Source: Methanomethylovorans hollandica DSM 15978 (lineage in GTDB: Archaea; Halobacteriota; Methanosarcinia; Methanosarcinales; Methanosarcinaceae). Taken from it: 64,000 nt of DNA. Both the position numbers and the translations under genes were made by a program. Below are positions 11,965 through 21,087 of this stretch, piece by piece. Under the pieces are notes generated by a model. It saw only the letters and a list, made by a program, of their open reading frames with translations, was not told the DNA's origin and made no database searches. The number at the start of each line of letters is the position of its first letter. Position 1 is the first letter of the stretch. Where the stretch lies: positions 744,001-808,000 of the forward strand of contig NC_019977.1 in assembly GCF_000328665.1 (NCBI RefSeq), written 5' to 3'.

Positions 11965-12050
11965 CATGCGAACGGGTCTCTTCTCAAATGTACCACCAAT
12001 CCTATCCAACCACCCAATACACAACTCCTTAACCCGTTCGCTTGCTTCTT
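11965..12050 (+). ncRNA. Candidate small RNA (hairpin with C/A-rich loop)
   Basis: Perfect 10-bp stem GCGAACGGGT (11968-11977) / ACCCGTTCGC (12032-12041); 54-nt loop with a single G; TATA box TTTATATA at 11937-11944; pyrimidine-rich tail. Confidence 0.6.
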
Positions 12051-12157
12051 ATGCTTGTTTATTCTAATGAAAACCTTTGTTGTGTTCTCATATGTTTTGG
12101 TACTTTCCGGTAAACAGATGCAGACAATTTATAAGTGATAATCTTTAATCTCATCAT

Positions 12158-12829
12158 ATGAAATTCGACCTGCACGTCCATACGCGTTTTTCAAAAGACA
12201 GTGATGCAGACATTGATGCGATCATTCTTCATGCTAAAAAGAATGGTCTTGATGGTTTTGCAGTATGCGACCATGATGTAACTGGAGGAGGTCCTTTTTC
12301 TGTGCAGCGGGCAGCAGAGCTGGGCTCTGATCTTGTGATCATTCCGGGTGTGGAAATAAGCACTTCAGAGGGGCATCTGCTGGTGCTGGGTATAAAGGAA
12401 AGTATAGAACCAGGTCTCTCCCCGGCTGAGACCATACTCCGGGCAAGAGCACAGGATGCGGTGGTAATATTACCTCATCCTTTCAAGCTCACATCTCATG
12501 GGATAGGATATATCGCGGGTCTTGATGTGGACGCTGTGGAGGTCCTGAATTCCCGCTGCCTTACAGATGGTCCTAATAACAAGGCATGTGCTGCAGCAAC
12601 TTCTCTTGGGATCGCTCAGGTTGGTGGCAGTGATTGCCATGTGCCTGAAATGGTGGGTATTTCGTACACTGAAATAGATGTGCAGGAGAGGTCCTTGGAT
12701 GCTGTCCTTGATGCTATCCGGCAGGGCAAGGTAAGGCCGGGCGGCGGCAAAACCCCAAAGGTATTTGTGATGCGCCAGATGATGAAAAACGCACAAAAAA
12801 GAACAGCTAAAATACTGGGTCTGGATTAA
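12158..12829 (+). CDS. PHP-family metal-dependent phosphoesterase
   Basis: DLHVHT, DHD, GVEI, HP and GGSDCH motifs. Confidence 0.9.
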   Translation: MKFDLHVHTRFSKDSDADIDAIILHAKKNGLDGFAVCDHDVTGGGPFSVQRAAELGSDLVIIPGVEISTSEGHLLVLGIKESIEPGLSPAETILRARAQDAVVILPHPFKLTSHGIGYIAGLDVDAVEVLNSRCLTDGPNNKACAAATSLGIAQVGGSDCHVPEMVGISYTEIDVQERSLDAVLDAIRQGKVRPGGGKTPKVFVMRQMMKNAQKRTAKILGLD

Positions 12830-13416
12830 AGAAAGGTATGCAGTAGACGAATAGCCTCTTTCTCTCTTTCTCCGCCGCACTTGTTTATTATGTCCTCGTA
12901 GAAATCTATTAGTTTCATATATTTTTCTTCTTCATTCATCTTATAGCGTGTGGCATGAATGGTCGCCTCTATGACAGCGTTCAATCCTCTGTTAGGTGCT
13001 TTTGGCTGGAATGATCCCACATGTCCTCTTAATGGTCTCAGTTCCGCAACAAGAGCTTCAGATGTGATCTTGGTATTGATACATTCAAAAGCTATCCAAC
13101 TCTGAGCCGCCTTAAGGACGGGAAATTCTCTTCCAGGAGACGATATGTTCTCTATATCTTCCGGCTGAACCTCAGAAAAAGTATATCTGACAAATGCCAC
13201 AGGATCGTTCGTTATATTGACGACAAGAAAATTCTCTGCCAGAACATTCTGATAGGTCCTGGAGCCTTTGAAAAGCCTTATAAGGGTCGTATCCTGTTTT
13301 CTGATGATGCCCATTGGGGCTGCATTGGGAGACAAGCCTTGGTGCGTGGTAACAATGGTTTCAGAGATACCTTCAAAGAGGCCAAAGTCCTCAAGTTTAA
13401 GTCTCTTTTCTGTCAG
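12826..13416 (-). CDS. DUF447 family (flavin-binding split-barrel-like) protein, probable CTG start
   Basis: The frame extends upstream of the TTG at 13335 through FGLFEGISETIVTT, then NAAPMGI and NRG...VIEATIHATR. No ATG, GTG or TTG precedes this segment in frame; a CTG at 13416 follows GGAGG. Confidence 0.8.
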   Translation of the reverse strand: MTEKRLKLEDFGLFEGISETIVTTHQGLSPNAAPMGIIRKQDTTLIRLFKGSRTYQNVLAENFLVVNITNDPVAFVRYTFSEVQPEDIENISSPGREFPVLKAAQSWIAFECINTKITSEALVAELRPLRGHVGSFQPKAPNRGLNAVIEATIHATRYKMNEEEKYMKLIDFYEDIINKCGGEREKEAIRLLHTFL

Positions 13417-14387
13417 AATCTCATTCCTCCAAGAAGAGATATAAAAAGGCCACCTATTATTATATCCGCCGTAGAACCTGGATTAATATTTCTTGTGAGC
13501 AGCTCCTCGTCAAAGTTGTATATATCTAATAATACATCTTCCATATTATATCCGGAATGTTCTAAGTTAGTAATAATTCTCCTTGCCCTTGAGGATACTT
13601 CTTCAGCTATCTGCATGTCGAACTTTGTTTCTATGAATGTGTCCATGTTCATTGCAAGCATCTTCACAAAAGCGTAGACTATAACCTGATTGATCCTGGA
13701 GTTACCGGTATGGATAAGTGTTGCATCAACATCCATCTCTTTTGTAAGTATCCCGGAGCACTGTGCACAGCTTCTAAAACCACTAGTCCACTCCCGTGCA
13801 ATCAGGTCATAAGAGCTGGATATCTCCATTAAATGGTATAGTGTAGTACACTTGTTCTTTATATCTATAATGGCTTTTGTATTGGACAGGTCGAATTCAT
13901 CTACCTTGCGCACTTTGACCCCTGCCGGCCCAAAAGACAGGTATATCTGCACCGCGTCTTCTACATCTGTTTCTTTTACAATGTTGAACGCTTCTTCAGT
14001 AATATTTTCAGGTGTAAGTTCCCTGGAGTTCCGAATAAGTTTTCCGGCTGCCATTGCAAGGGGAAATAAAAGTAGAAAAGCACCGAAATGTGTATTACCT
14101 CCTTTCTGCCAAGCCATACTTTCAAGCACTGACTTGTGGACATATTGTCCAATTCCATGTTCTTCTTCGGCAGCTTTCTCAAATATTGGGTATACTGCTA
14201 CAGAAGATGTGAGGAAATGTTCAAAGGTCGTATTCTCATAATCATGATCCCTGTCGACATTTCCAGGTTTGGGATGAGCAGATACTTCAAGCAGCATGGC
14301 AAGCTGTGCACATCGTGCCACATAGGCAGCAGTCCGGTCGGCAGAAGCATTGTCATGCTTCGTCTTTGTTCCTTGCTCGTTCCTCAT
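13413..14387 (-). CDS. CitG-like triphosphoribosyl-dephospho-CoA synthase family protein
   Basis: LEVSAHPKPGNV, GGNTHFG and NPGSTAD motifs. Confidence 0.9.
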   Translation of the reverse strand: MRNEQGTKTKHDNASADRTAAYVARCAQLAMLLEVSAHPKPGNVDRDHDYENTTFEHFLTSSVAVYPIFEKAAEEEHGIGQYVHKSVLESMAWQKGGNTHFGAFLLLFPLAMAAGKLIRNSRELTPENITEEAFNIVKETDVEDAVQIYLSFGPAGVKVRKVDEFDLSNTKAIIDIKNKCTTLYHLMEISSSYDLIAREWTSGFRSCAQCSGILTKEMDVDATLIHTGNSRINQVIVYAFVKMLAMNMDTFIETKFDMQIAEEVSSRARRIITNLEHSGYNMEDVLLDIYNFDEELLTRNINPGSTADIIIGGLFISLLGGMRF

Positions 14388-15517
14388 TTACCGGTAACCT
14401 TGGGATGGTCAAGAATGTAATCTGCAAGTTCTCTTTTCAGTTCCATATAGTCTGCATCGGAAAGTCCAATCATTTCAAGGACTCCGTCCCTTAAAGGACA
14501 CATTTTTGTGATCTTACAGCACCACACCAGACTTCCGAAACAGGTGCTATCGCCGTACTCAAGAGGTGTTCCCTTTGCGAATTCCATCTTCACATCAGCG
14601 AACTCCTTAGGTGAAAGCCCTATCTTCTTTACATTTGAATGTACAGGGCACGGCTTGACTGGCATACAGCAGAATGCAAGCCCACGAAGGTCACCTTCTC
14701 CTCTGCATACATGCTTAGGTGCATTGTACCATCCGAGTTCTTTCTGTATCAGAGTAGTTTCATTTACAAGGTGGGTTATCAGAGATGGGTCTTCCATGAT
14801 CCCTCTTCCCACAGAAACTATGTCTGCACCTCTGGTAAACATCTCTTTTGCGGTATTGAGATCATTTACAGAATTATTACCTATCAGAAGGAGTCTTGTA
14901 GCATCTCTTATCTTCCTGATGGCTTCTATATCGGCTCCTGCTCCTTCTTTCATAGCATCCACGTGCAGTATGTCAGCACCTGCATCTTCGATGGCTTTGG
15001 CCATTTTGATATTATCAACCACATTGGCACGTACTTTCACTGACACAATGGCTCCTGTTTCTTTAACCTTAAGGATAGTATCACGGAGCTTGGGCAGATC
15101 ACTTAGAAATGCTTCGCCTATGCCTAATTCCGTCATTTCAGGCTGCCTGCAATGCGCGTCTATCTCTATTATAGCATTTGCATTCCTAGCCATAATGGCA
15201 GCTTCGATCAGTGGCTCCAGTGTTGCGCTTCTTACATTTATGGCAACTACACTTTCAGTTTTCACTGATCTTAGTTCATTATCTATCAGTTGCAAAGGTT
15301 CATCTGAAATGAACTCCTTTCGCCCTCTTTTAACTATTTCTGAAGCTGCATGGTTAGTTGCAGCATCGAGGTTATATCCTCCAAGTATGACAAGTCCCGC
15401 ATCTTCTGCGAATTCATTTGCAAAGCGGCTGTCTGTTATTCCTCCCATTGAAGCAAGAGCTATGGGGTTCTTTATAGCAAGATTTCCTACATTAATTTTA
15501 AAAAGATCATCAGACAC
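14384..15517 (-). CDS. Dus-like flavin TIM-barrel fused to Cys-rich methanogenesis marker 9 domain
   Basis: LASMGGITD, DAHCRQ and IGNNS in the barrel; C-terminal HVCRG...AFCC...PC...TCFGSLVWCC...CPLRD. Confidence 0.85.
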   Translation of the reverse strand: MSDDLFKINVGNLAIKNPIALASMGGITDSRFANEFAEDAGLVILGGYNLDAATNHAASEIVKRGRKEFISDEPLQLIDNELRSVKTESVVAINVRSATLEPLIEAAIMARNANAIIEIDAHCRQPEMTELGIGEAFLSDLPKLRDTILKVKETGAIVSVKVRANVVDNIKMAKAIEDAGADILHVDAMKEGAGADIEAIRKIRDATRLLLIGNNSVNDLNTAKEMFTRGADIVSVGRGIMEDPSLITHLVNETTLIQKELGWYNAPKHVCRGEGDLRGLAFCCMPVKPCPVHSNVKKIGLSPKEFADVKMEFAKGTPLEYGDSTCFGSLVWCCKITKMCPLRDGVLEMIGLSDADYMELKRELADYILDHPKVTGK

Positions 15518-15768
15518 GTTTTTCCCTCTGGAAAATGTAAATTATCATGTATGCCGCTGAATAATGGCAGATTCTATTATTAATATGACGCTGCACTTTT
15601 AGTGAGTTCTTTCTATGCTATATAGAAATTATGGACATTGTGGATGATGGGTGTTGTAAGTATAATGCTCAAAACCTAAATATGATTAGCACAAATATTA
15701 GAAATGAATATAGGTATAAATGAATATAGGCCAACCCCAAAGGTAAGGTCAATTGTGGAGGTTATATT

Positions 15769-15975
15769 ATGAAATGTCTGGTTTGTGGTATTGAAAGCGA
15801 GACCAAGTATTGTAGCACATGCGGAAAAGTAATGGCCGATGTCATAAAGGCCGTGGGCGAAGAACGCTGGAGCAATATCGATGACTGTTCCTTTATCTAT
15901 CCTACAGTGCTGCGTGTTGCAAAAGGGGAACTTACTGTAAATGATGTTATACAGGCACTGGAAGCAGAGGATTGA
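15769..15975 (+). CDS. Small zinc-finger-like hypothetical protein
   Basis: CxxC...CxxC N-terminus, GGAGGT RBS, 68 aa. Confidence 0.75.
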   Translation: MKCLVCGIESETKYCSTCGKVMADVIKAVGEERWSNIDDCSFIYPTVLRVAKGELTVNDVIQALEAED

Positions 15976-16202
15976 ATTCTTTGCCTCTTCCATTTTACTA
16001 TATATTATCGGAATGAATAGCATTATTCTTTTTTCATTCTTTTTGCACTTTTGAAATGACCTTCTCTCTAAAATGAACTATAGCGTTTTCCGATCTCTTT
16101 TCTTGTTATTTTTGTGCAGTAACTAACAGAAAACATATTATAGTTTGAAGTCGGTTACTTCTCACCTAATGGGTATATACGTAGCATGTAAGAGGAAGAG
16201 TA

Positions 16203-17450
16203 ATGACTTTAGAAAATCCATTTGAAAATTCAAGAAAACAGTTAGCAAAATGTGCTGATATTCTTGGTCTGGATGAAAGCGTACATGAAATGCTAAGACA
16301 CCCGATGCGCGAACTGCGTGTCACGCTCCCTGTTCGCATGGATGATGGCACTATCAAGGTTTTCGAGGGTTTCAGGATACAGTACAACGATGCCCGGGGT
16401 CCTACAAAAGGCGGTATCAGATTCCACCCTGAAGAAAACATCGATACCGTGAGGGCACTTGCAGCGTGGATGACCTGGAAATGTGCGGTAGTAGATATAC
16501 CATTGGGTGGAGGCAAAGGCGGAGTCATCTGTAACCCTAAGGAAATGTCTGAGGGTGAACTTGAGCGCCTCAGCCGCAAGTATATTTCAAGCATTGCCCA
16601 GATAATCGGTCCTAGGAAAGACATTCCTGCGCCTGACGTATACACAAATCCGAAGATCATGGCATGGATGGTTGACGAATTCTCAAAGATATCTTCCTTC
16701 AATCAGCCTGGTGTGGTTACAGGTAAGCCCCTTACAATGGGTGGGTCACTTGGAAGGGGAGATGCAACAGCAAGAGGAGGTCTCTACACTGTTCGTGAGG
16801 CTGCCAAGGTTCTAGGTATCGATCTTAAGGATGCAAAGATAGCCATTCAGGGATTTGGAAATGCCGGATATTATGCAGCAAAGCTCGCAACTGAAATGTT
16901 CGGCAGCAAGATAGTGGCCATCAGTGACAGCAGAGGCGGTGTCATGAACATGGATGGCATCGACCCTGAAGCTGCAAACCAGTACAAGGCAAAGACCGGC
17001 TCAGTTACGGGTATGCCAAACACAACACCCATCAGCAATGAAGCTATTCTTGAGTTAAATGTGGAAGTGCTGATTCCCGCAGCCCTTGAGAACGTTATCA
17101 CAGAGAAGAACGCACACAAGATCAATGCTAAGATCGTTGCAGAACTCGCAAATGGTCCGACAACGCCTGCAGCAGATGAGATATTGTTCCAGAGGGGTAT
17201 TCATGTTATTCCTGACTTCCTCTGTAATGCAGGCGGAGTGACAGTATCATATTTCGAAATGGTCCAGAACTTTTATATGTACTACTGGAGTGAGATCAGG
17301 GTTCACACCCGTCTGGACAGGAAAATGACTGATGCATACAAGGCAGTATACAGTGCATCACAGAAGTACAACATTGATATGAGGACAGCTGCTTACGTTG
17401 TTTCTATCGAACGTGTCGTAACTGCAATGAAAGACCGTGGATGGATCTGA
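16203..17450 (+). CDS. gdhA: Glutamate dehydrogenase
   Basis: GPTKGGIRFH, GGGKGG, DIPAPDV, QGFGNAG and NAGGVTVSYFE motifs. Confidence 0.95.
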   Translation: MTLENPFENSRKQLAKCADILGLDESVHEMLRHPMRELRVTLPVRMDDGTIKVFEGFRIQYNDARGPTKGGIRFHPEENIDTVRALAAWMTWKCAVVDIPLGGGKGGVICNPKEMSEGELERLSRKYISSIAQIIGPRKDIPAPDVYTNPKIMAWMVDEFSKISSFNQPGVVTGKPLTMGGSLGRGDATARGGLYTVREAAKVLGIDLKDAKIAIQGFGNAGYYAAKLATEMFGSKIVAISDSRGGVMNMDGIDPEAANQYKAKTGSVTGMPNTTPISNEAILELNVEVLIPAALENVITEKNAHKINAKIVAELANGPTTPAADEILFQRGIHVIPDFLCNAGGVTVSYFEMVQNFYMYYWSEIRVHTRLDRKMTDAYKAVYSASQKYNIDMRTAAYVVSIERVVTAMKDRGWI

Positions 17451-17491
17451 TCCTTCTTGGATTCAGTTCTGCAATACAACTGAGCAACATT

Positions 17492-17534
17492 TATATGTGT
17501 CTGGGTTCACAGACACATATATTCCTTCCTTTTC
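17492..17534 (+). terminator. Hairpin and pyrimidine tract after gdhA
   Basis: 12-bp stem TATATGTGTCTG/CAGACACATATA followed by TTCCTTCCTTTTC. Confidence 0.6.
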
Positions 17535-17579
17535 AGATAGGATAATTGATATAGTTGTATTGTTGTTGATGGGATTATC

Positions 17580-18308
17580 ATGAAGATTGCACTAATTGGC
17601 GGTACAGGCAGCATAGGCAAAGGTTTTGCTCTCAGGTGGGGGCAAAAACATCAGGTGATAGTAGGTTCAAGGAATCAGGAAAAAGCTCAGGCCAGGGCGG
17701 CTGAGTATAATTCTATATTAAAGGATCATGGTTTCAAGGCGGACATAACAGGTGAGGTCAATGCAAAGGCGGCTTCAGAAGCTGATGTGGTGCTCCTCGC
17801 CATCAGATACGGTCAGCTAGCTTCTACCATGGAGCAGATAAAACCGGAACTTGAAGGTAAGGTCGTCATATCTGTGGTCGTGCCGATGGAAAAGAATTCT
17901 TGCATCATCGTTCCGGGCGGGGTTCCTCTCGAAATATCAGCAAATTCCCGGGAAGACTATAAAGCAGAATATTTCTGTTATGTCACCCCACCTTCGGGAA
18001 GCGCTGCACAGGAAATAGCTACTTTATTGCCTGGAGGGGCTACTGAGCTGGTTTCAGCTTTCCATACGGTTCCGGCTGCCAAGCTCTCTAACCTCGACAT
18101 AGAGCTTGATTATGACGTAGGGGTCTGTGGAAACAGCATGCATTCTAAGAACATCGTCTTTGACCTTGTCAGAGATATTCCTGGAATGAGGCCTATGGAT
18201 ATAGGCCCACTTGAAGCCTCTTCTATGATAGAATCAATTACCCCTCTCCTTGTCAATGTGGCTATCCGCAATAACATGAAAGATGTCAGCATCAAATTCG
18301 TAGATTAG
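17580..18308 (+). CDS. npdG: NADPH-dependent F420 reductase (F420H2:NADP+ oxidoreductase)
   Basis: IGGTGSIGKG, VGSR, SAAQE, VSAFHTVPA and IESITPLL motifs. Confidence 0.9.
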   Translation: MKIALIGGTGSIGKGFALRWGQKHQVIVGSRNQEKAQARAAEYNSILKDHGFKADITGEVNAKAASEADVVLLAIRYGQLASTMEQIKPELEGKVVISVVVPMEKNSCIIVPGGVPLEISANSREDYKAEYFCYVTPPSGSAAQEIATLLPGGATELVSAFHTVPAAKLSNLDIELDYDVGVCGNSMHSKNIVFDLVRDIPGMRPMDIGPLEASSMIESITPLLVNVAIRNNMKDVSIKFVD

Positions 18309-18331
18309 TATCCCTTCGGGAATTTCTTTTT

Positions 18332-21049
18332 TTATTGCCATTGTCCCTTCAGCTTGTCCAGTTTCCATGTTCTTGCAACCGTAGGTTTTTCAAGGTAGCA
18401 GATGGCATTCTGTTCATACAGGTTCGCGATAACTACTGCATTACCTCCGCCGGATGCCTCACGGACATTGATCACCTTGACCACAGTGCTAAATCTTTCA
18501 TGGTCAGGCAGGATATCTTTGATCATGTTGCCCGAGTTCCTGAAGAAAGCTTCGTTGAAGCTAGAGTTTTTCATGTCCGGATAGACAGGCATGTAGATGA
18601 TCTCTTCTTCAACTATGTCCTGGAAGAAATGTGTCCCATAGGAGACTTCCGGAATATGGCCTGCTTTCTCAAGCGCAATCTCGACAAGCAGTGATGTGTG
18701 ATCTATCTCGCTATATGTTGCATTGACGCCCAGTTCTATGTTGCTGCTTCCCCATCTTCCAGGCCCCATCAATATGAAATTAGTGTCCATAGTGCTCATT
18801 TTTTCGTTGATGCTTCCTACAATACGGCCTATGGACCTTTTTGTATCCATATCTGCAATTTCATATGCCTGGGGGTCAATGTAAACTATATACTCAATAT
18901 TTTCCACTTTTCCCTCATTGATGAGCATGTTGGACCGGAACAGGATATTATCCTCTTTTATGTTGTCTGGTATGGTTATATTCTCGCTGTTGCCTGGTGT
19001 TGTCATGGGTCTGCACTGGACTATGTTTATCCTTATATTTCCCCTTTGATCAGCAGATGCTGTAAATTCGATATCTACCGGATGCTCATATACTTCTTCT
19101 ACTATCCTTAGTATTTCTCCTATAGTATCAACGAATTTTGTGTTCTTTATGAGGTTGTTGAATGTTAGCACTATTTCCTGTGAGCAGTCTATGGAATTGG
19201 TGTACGGATCAGTAAGATATCCTTCGTTCATGACCGAAACGAACAGTCTGAGCCCAGGGTAATCACAGTCTTCAATAAGGTTGCGGAAAGATATGGTTCT
19301 GAGTTCCCTTTTATCAAGGTCCAAAACATCGACGTCCCACTGCGAGTATTTTATGACCTTCAGGCCGGTCTCAGGGCGCAATGTCGGCTGGCTTACTGCG
19401 ATCATTCTGGGGTAGTCCCTGCCGACACGATCCACAGCTCGGGTTCCAAGTCCAAAGACAAGCCGGATCATTCCTTTTCCAGGGTCTATCCTCTTTGTCC
19501 AGCGGAAGAGGTTCTTTGAGAAAGCGACCCCTGCAAGCGCCGGGAAGAAATATTGTTTATAGGGCATGCCGGACACGCGCTGCACCAGTATGGCCATCTG
19601 CTCATCCTGGTAGTGAAGTCCTCTGGTCCTTCTGTAAGCAAGGGCATCCGGGTTAAGGGCACTGGCATAGACAAGTTTGACTGCATGCATAAACTCTTCA
19701 AGACGCTCTTCCGGACTTCCCTGATTGGGGCAGAACTCACTTCTATATTTGCCTGCAAAAGCATTTCCATAATTGTCTTCCTGCAGGCTGCTTGACCTTA
19801 CAATAATGGGGGCCTGTCCAAAGTAATCCATCAACTCCCTGAACTGCTCTACAATATCTTCAGGGAACTTGCCTTGCAGGAACCTTCTTTCAACCTCTTC
19901 GAATTCTTCTTTTGTCATGCTGGAATTGTCTGACAGCTTTATCTTGAGGAGAAACAGATCATTATTGATCATGAAGGTGAAAAATACATCTGAACCAATG
20001 TAGAATGAATCATGCGGTTCGATTATATCTGCAAACTCTTCTTTTTTTTCGCTTGCTAGGATAATGTTGCGTGAGAGCAGCATTCCTACAGCTTTCCCAC
20101 CAATACGACCGGAACCTATCATCCTGTCTCGTATGCTGAGCAGATCTTCCAGTGACAGGTAGGCATCAGCAAGGCGGTTGAAGCGGGGATGGTCACCGAT
20201 GATCATCCTTGACAGTTCCTGTTTCAGTGCAATTATCTCGGGCTGTGGTAGAGTGTCCAGTGTTTCCATATCATGATGGAACTTCAGTTTCGTGTACACT
20301 GTTTCCCAGGGGGATGTACCACTTTTCCGCGTACGTATGATCTTTCTACGATCGCTGGATGATATTGTGGCAGCCTTTGAACTGTCTAATATAGGTTCCC
20401 ATGCCTCTCCAGTTACCAGGTGGGGAAGGAACATACTCTGAGAATAGCGATCGTAGACCTTAAGTGGATGAATGTATGCCTTTCCGTTGATGTGGTAGTA
20501 ATCTATAAGCACTTGAGTTGTTTCTCGGATGCCAGCTACAGTGGAATGACTATGCTTTCCGCGGGTAAGGCAGAAATAACCAATGGTCTCAAGTTCGAAC
20601 AGATAGGGACATGTGGCTTTGAAGAAATTGGCTACCAGTTCATCGGTGGCCCACTCCACCATGAGTGATGAAAGATTATCAAATACGTAATAGACCTTCT
20701 CTCCATAATACTCTATTATCCTGTGGACCTGGCTACTAAAAAAGTCAAAGCCGCTACCAGGATCTACTTTTACGATCTCCAGTCCTTCCATTGGCTGGAG
20801 AATGGGCTCATGTGGTGCGAACCTTACATATATACACTTAGAGCTGGACCTGATAGCTTGTCTGATAAGTCTTACAGCAAAATGTCTGTAATCTTCAAGC
20901 TCCTCTACTTCCCACACCACGTTATCCCCCAGGCGCAGAGAGTGAATTATATCATCGAGCTGGGGGATTCCGCTTGTTATTCTATCTTTATCTGCGTACT
21001 TAAGGAACTTGGTTTTTGTACTGCTGTTTTTATTCACATTTTTCTCCAT
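18332..21049 (-). CDS. PEP/pyruvate-binding (PPDK_N, ATP-grasp) domain protein with N-terminal RecA/KaiC-like domain
   Basis: IGGKA, IVRSSS..ED...AFAGKY, MAILVQ, GLGTRAV and DIEF...IVQCRP motifs; N-terminal TSGIPQLDDII; no PEP-binding TIM barrel. Confidence 0.85.
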   Translation of the reverse strand: MEKNVNKNSSTKTKFLKYADKDRITSGIPQLDDIIHSLRLGDNVVWEVEELEDYRHFAVRLIRQAIRSSSKCIYVRFAPHEPILQPMEGLEIVKVDPGSGFDFFSSQVHRIIEYYGEKVYYVFDNLSSLMVEWATDELVANFFKATCPYLFELETIGYFCLTRGKHSHSTVAGIRETTQVLIDYYHINGKAYIHPLKVYDRYSQSMFLPHLVTGEAWEPILDSSKAATISSSDRRKIIRTRKSGTSPWETVYTKLKFHHDMETLDTLPQPEIIALKQELSRMIIGDHPRFNRLADAYLSLEDLLSIRDRMIGSGRIGGKAVGMLLSRNIILASEKKEEFADIIEPHDSFYIGSDVFFTFMINNDLFLLKIKLSDNSSMTKEEFEEVERRFLQGKFPEDIVEQFRELMDYFGQAPIIVRSSSLQEDNYGNAFAGKYRSEFCPNQGSPEERLEEFMHAVKLVYASALNPDALAYRRTRGLHYQDEQMAILVQRVSGMPYKQYFFPALAGVAFSKNLFRWTKRIDPGKGMIRLVFGLGTRAVDRVGRDYPRMIAVSQPTLRPETGLKVIKYSQWDVDVLDLDKRELRTISFRNLIEDCDYPGLRLFVSVMNEGYLTDPYTNSIDCSQEIVLTFNNLIKNTKFVDTIGEILRIVEEVYEHPVDIEFTASADQRGNIRINIVQCRPMTTPGNSENITIPDNIKEDNILFRSNMLINEGKVENIEYIVYIDPQAYEIADMDTKRSIGRIVGSINEKMSTMDTNFILMGPGRWGSSNIELGVNATYSEIDHTSLLVEIALEKAGHIPEVSYGTHFFQDIVEEEIIYMPVYPDMKNSSFNEAFFRNSGNMIKDILPDHERFSTVVKVINVREASGGGNAVVIANLYEQNAICYLEKPTVARTWKLDKLKGQWQ

Positions 21050-21087
21050 TGTGACAAGGTCAGAAACAAATCCTGTGTTTTACGGGA

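Noticed and set aside
14508..15560. 350-aa plus-strand ORF and similar long antisense ORFs over groEL, mtaA, lhr and ppk1
   Set aside because: Shadow frames of well-supported genes on the opposite strand.
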